NCBI RefSeq assembly: GCF_000734015.1
Contig: NZ_CP008796.1
Coordinates: 480,001 to 512,000, forward strand
From: Thermodesulfobacterium commune DSM 2178
Lineage (GTDB): Bacteria; Desulfobacterota; Thermodesulfobacteria; Thermodesulfobacteriales; Thermodesulfobacteriaceae
Length of the DNA stretch: 32,000 bases
Direction: 5' to 3'
Shown: positions 31,450 through 32,000 of the stretch, piece by piece
Layout: each line of letters opens with the position of its first letter
How positions within the stretch are numbered: the stretch's first letter is position 1
The notes under the pieces: generated by a model
What the model saw: the letters and a program-made list of their open reading frames with translations, nothing else
Told to the model about the DNA's origin: nothing
The model's database searches: none
Position numbers and translations under genes: made by a program

Positions 31450-32000
31450 TTTGGTAAATTCCTTTTTCTAAATATATTGCCTTATGAGGACAAATTTTTA
31501 CACAATTTAAACAGCGAATACATTCAACAGAATTTATTTCTTCTAAAGGATTAAGTCCAACAGGGCAGATTTTTTCGCAAGCCTTACAATGGGTGCACCT
31601 GTTAAGGTTTACGTTTAGCCTTAAAAAGCTAACCTTATTAAACAGTCCGTATATCAAGCCAAGGGGGCATACATTCTTGCAAAAAAATCTATAATCTATT
31701 ACAACAAAAAAAACAAACACCAACAAGATAGCGCTTTTCAGATAAAAAAGTTTTCCTATATAATCCCAAAGTTCTGAACTGATAATAATATTTAAATAGC
31801 CAGCTTCTAAAGTTCCTGCTGGACAAAGATACTTGCAAAATCCTAAAATTCCATAACCTATTTCATCTCCCAAAAAAAGAGGTATAAAAAACACCAATCC
31901 TATAAGCATCAAATGCTTGAGGTATTTTTGAGATCTTTTAGGGAGGGAGAGTCTTATTTTGAAGAAAGGAATTTTATAAATAAGGTCCTGAAACAAACCA
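31421..32000 (-). CDS. NapH/MauN-like polytopic membrane protein with 4Fe-4S ferredoxin domains; the N-terminus may extend off-window
   Basis: Two membrane CxxCP motifs (FCKYLCPAG, FCKNVCPLG) and two ferredoxin-type clusters (CTHCKACEKICP, CIRCLNCVKICP). The reading frame is open to the window end. Confidence 0.8.
   Translation of the reverse strand, partial: GLFQDLIYKIPFFKIRLSLPKRSQKYLKHLMLIGLVFFIPLFLGDEIGYGILGFCKYLCPAGTLEAGYLNIIISSELWDYIGKLFYLKSAILLVFVFFVVIDYRFFCKNVCPLGLIYGLFNKVSFLRLNVNLNRCTHCKACEKICPVGLNPLEEINSVECIRCLNCVKICPHKAIYLEKGIYQNAISSSCSK

Noticed and set aside
1-32000. Looked for CRISPR arrays, IS elements/transposases, integrases, prophage genes, toxin-antitoxin pairs and rRNA
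   Set aside because: I saw no regularly spaced repeats, terminal inverted repeats, recombinase motifs or rRNA-like GC-rich stretches. The tRNA-Ser has no adjacent integrase or direct repeat of its 3' end that would suggest an integrated element.

Overview
The window is AT-rich (about one-third G+C by eye). The proteins are rich in Lys, Glu and Ile, and the single tRNA is 66% G+C. This looks like a thermophilic bacterium, possibly Thermodesulfobacteriota- or Aquificota-like; that placement is inference only. Genes are packed very tightly, with many start/stop overlaps, and a co-directional minus-strand block runs from 26100 down to 3084. The centrepiece is a ~15.3 kb minus-strand flagellar export/switch plus chemotaxis operon: fliL-fliM-fliN-fliO-fliP-fliQ-fliR-flhB-flhA-flhF-flhG-fliA-cheY-[three uncharacterised genes]-cheY-like-cheB-cheR-[compact DnaJ-like gene]. 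Upstream on the same strand lie asd, an SPL-like radical SAM gene, a 9-heme cytochrome c lipoprotein, rph, rdgB, pgeF, waaA, bioY and tRNA-Ser(GGA). The left end (+ strand) carries a dehydrogenase fragment, a DUF169 gene, a short MetE/MtaA-like Zn methyltransferase and an HNH endonuclease. The right end carries a translationally coupled + strand quartet (SpoU RNA methyltransferase, SfsA::DUF123 double-nuclease fusion, PNP/UDP-family enzyme, orphan J-protein), followed by TauE/SafE, rlmI and a NapH-like 4Fe-4S membrane protein on the minus strand. I saw no CRISPR array, IS element, integrase or rRNA. The best candidates for undescribed biology are the SfsA::DUF123-centred quartet, the three unknown genes plus the DnaJ-like gene embedded in the flagellar/che operon, and a divergent FlhF/FlhG pair. 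All functional calls come from by-eye motif recognition and need HMM or structure confirmation.
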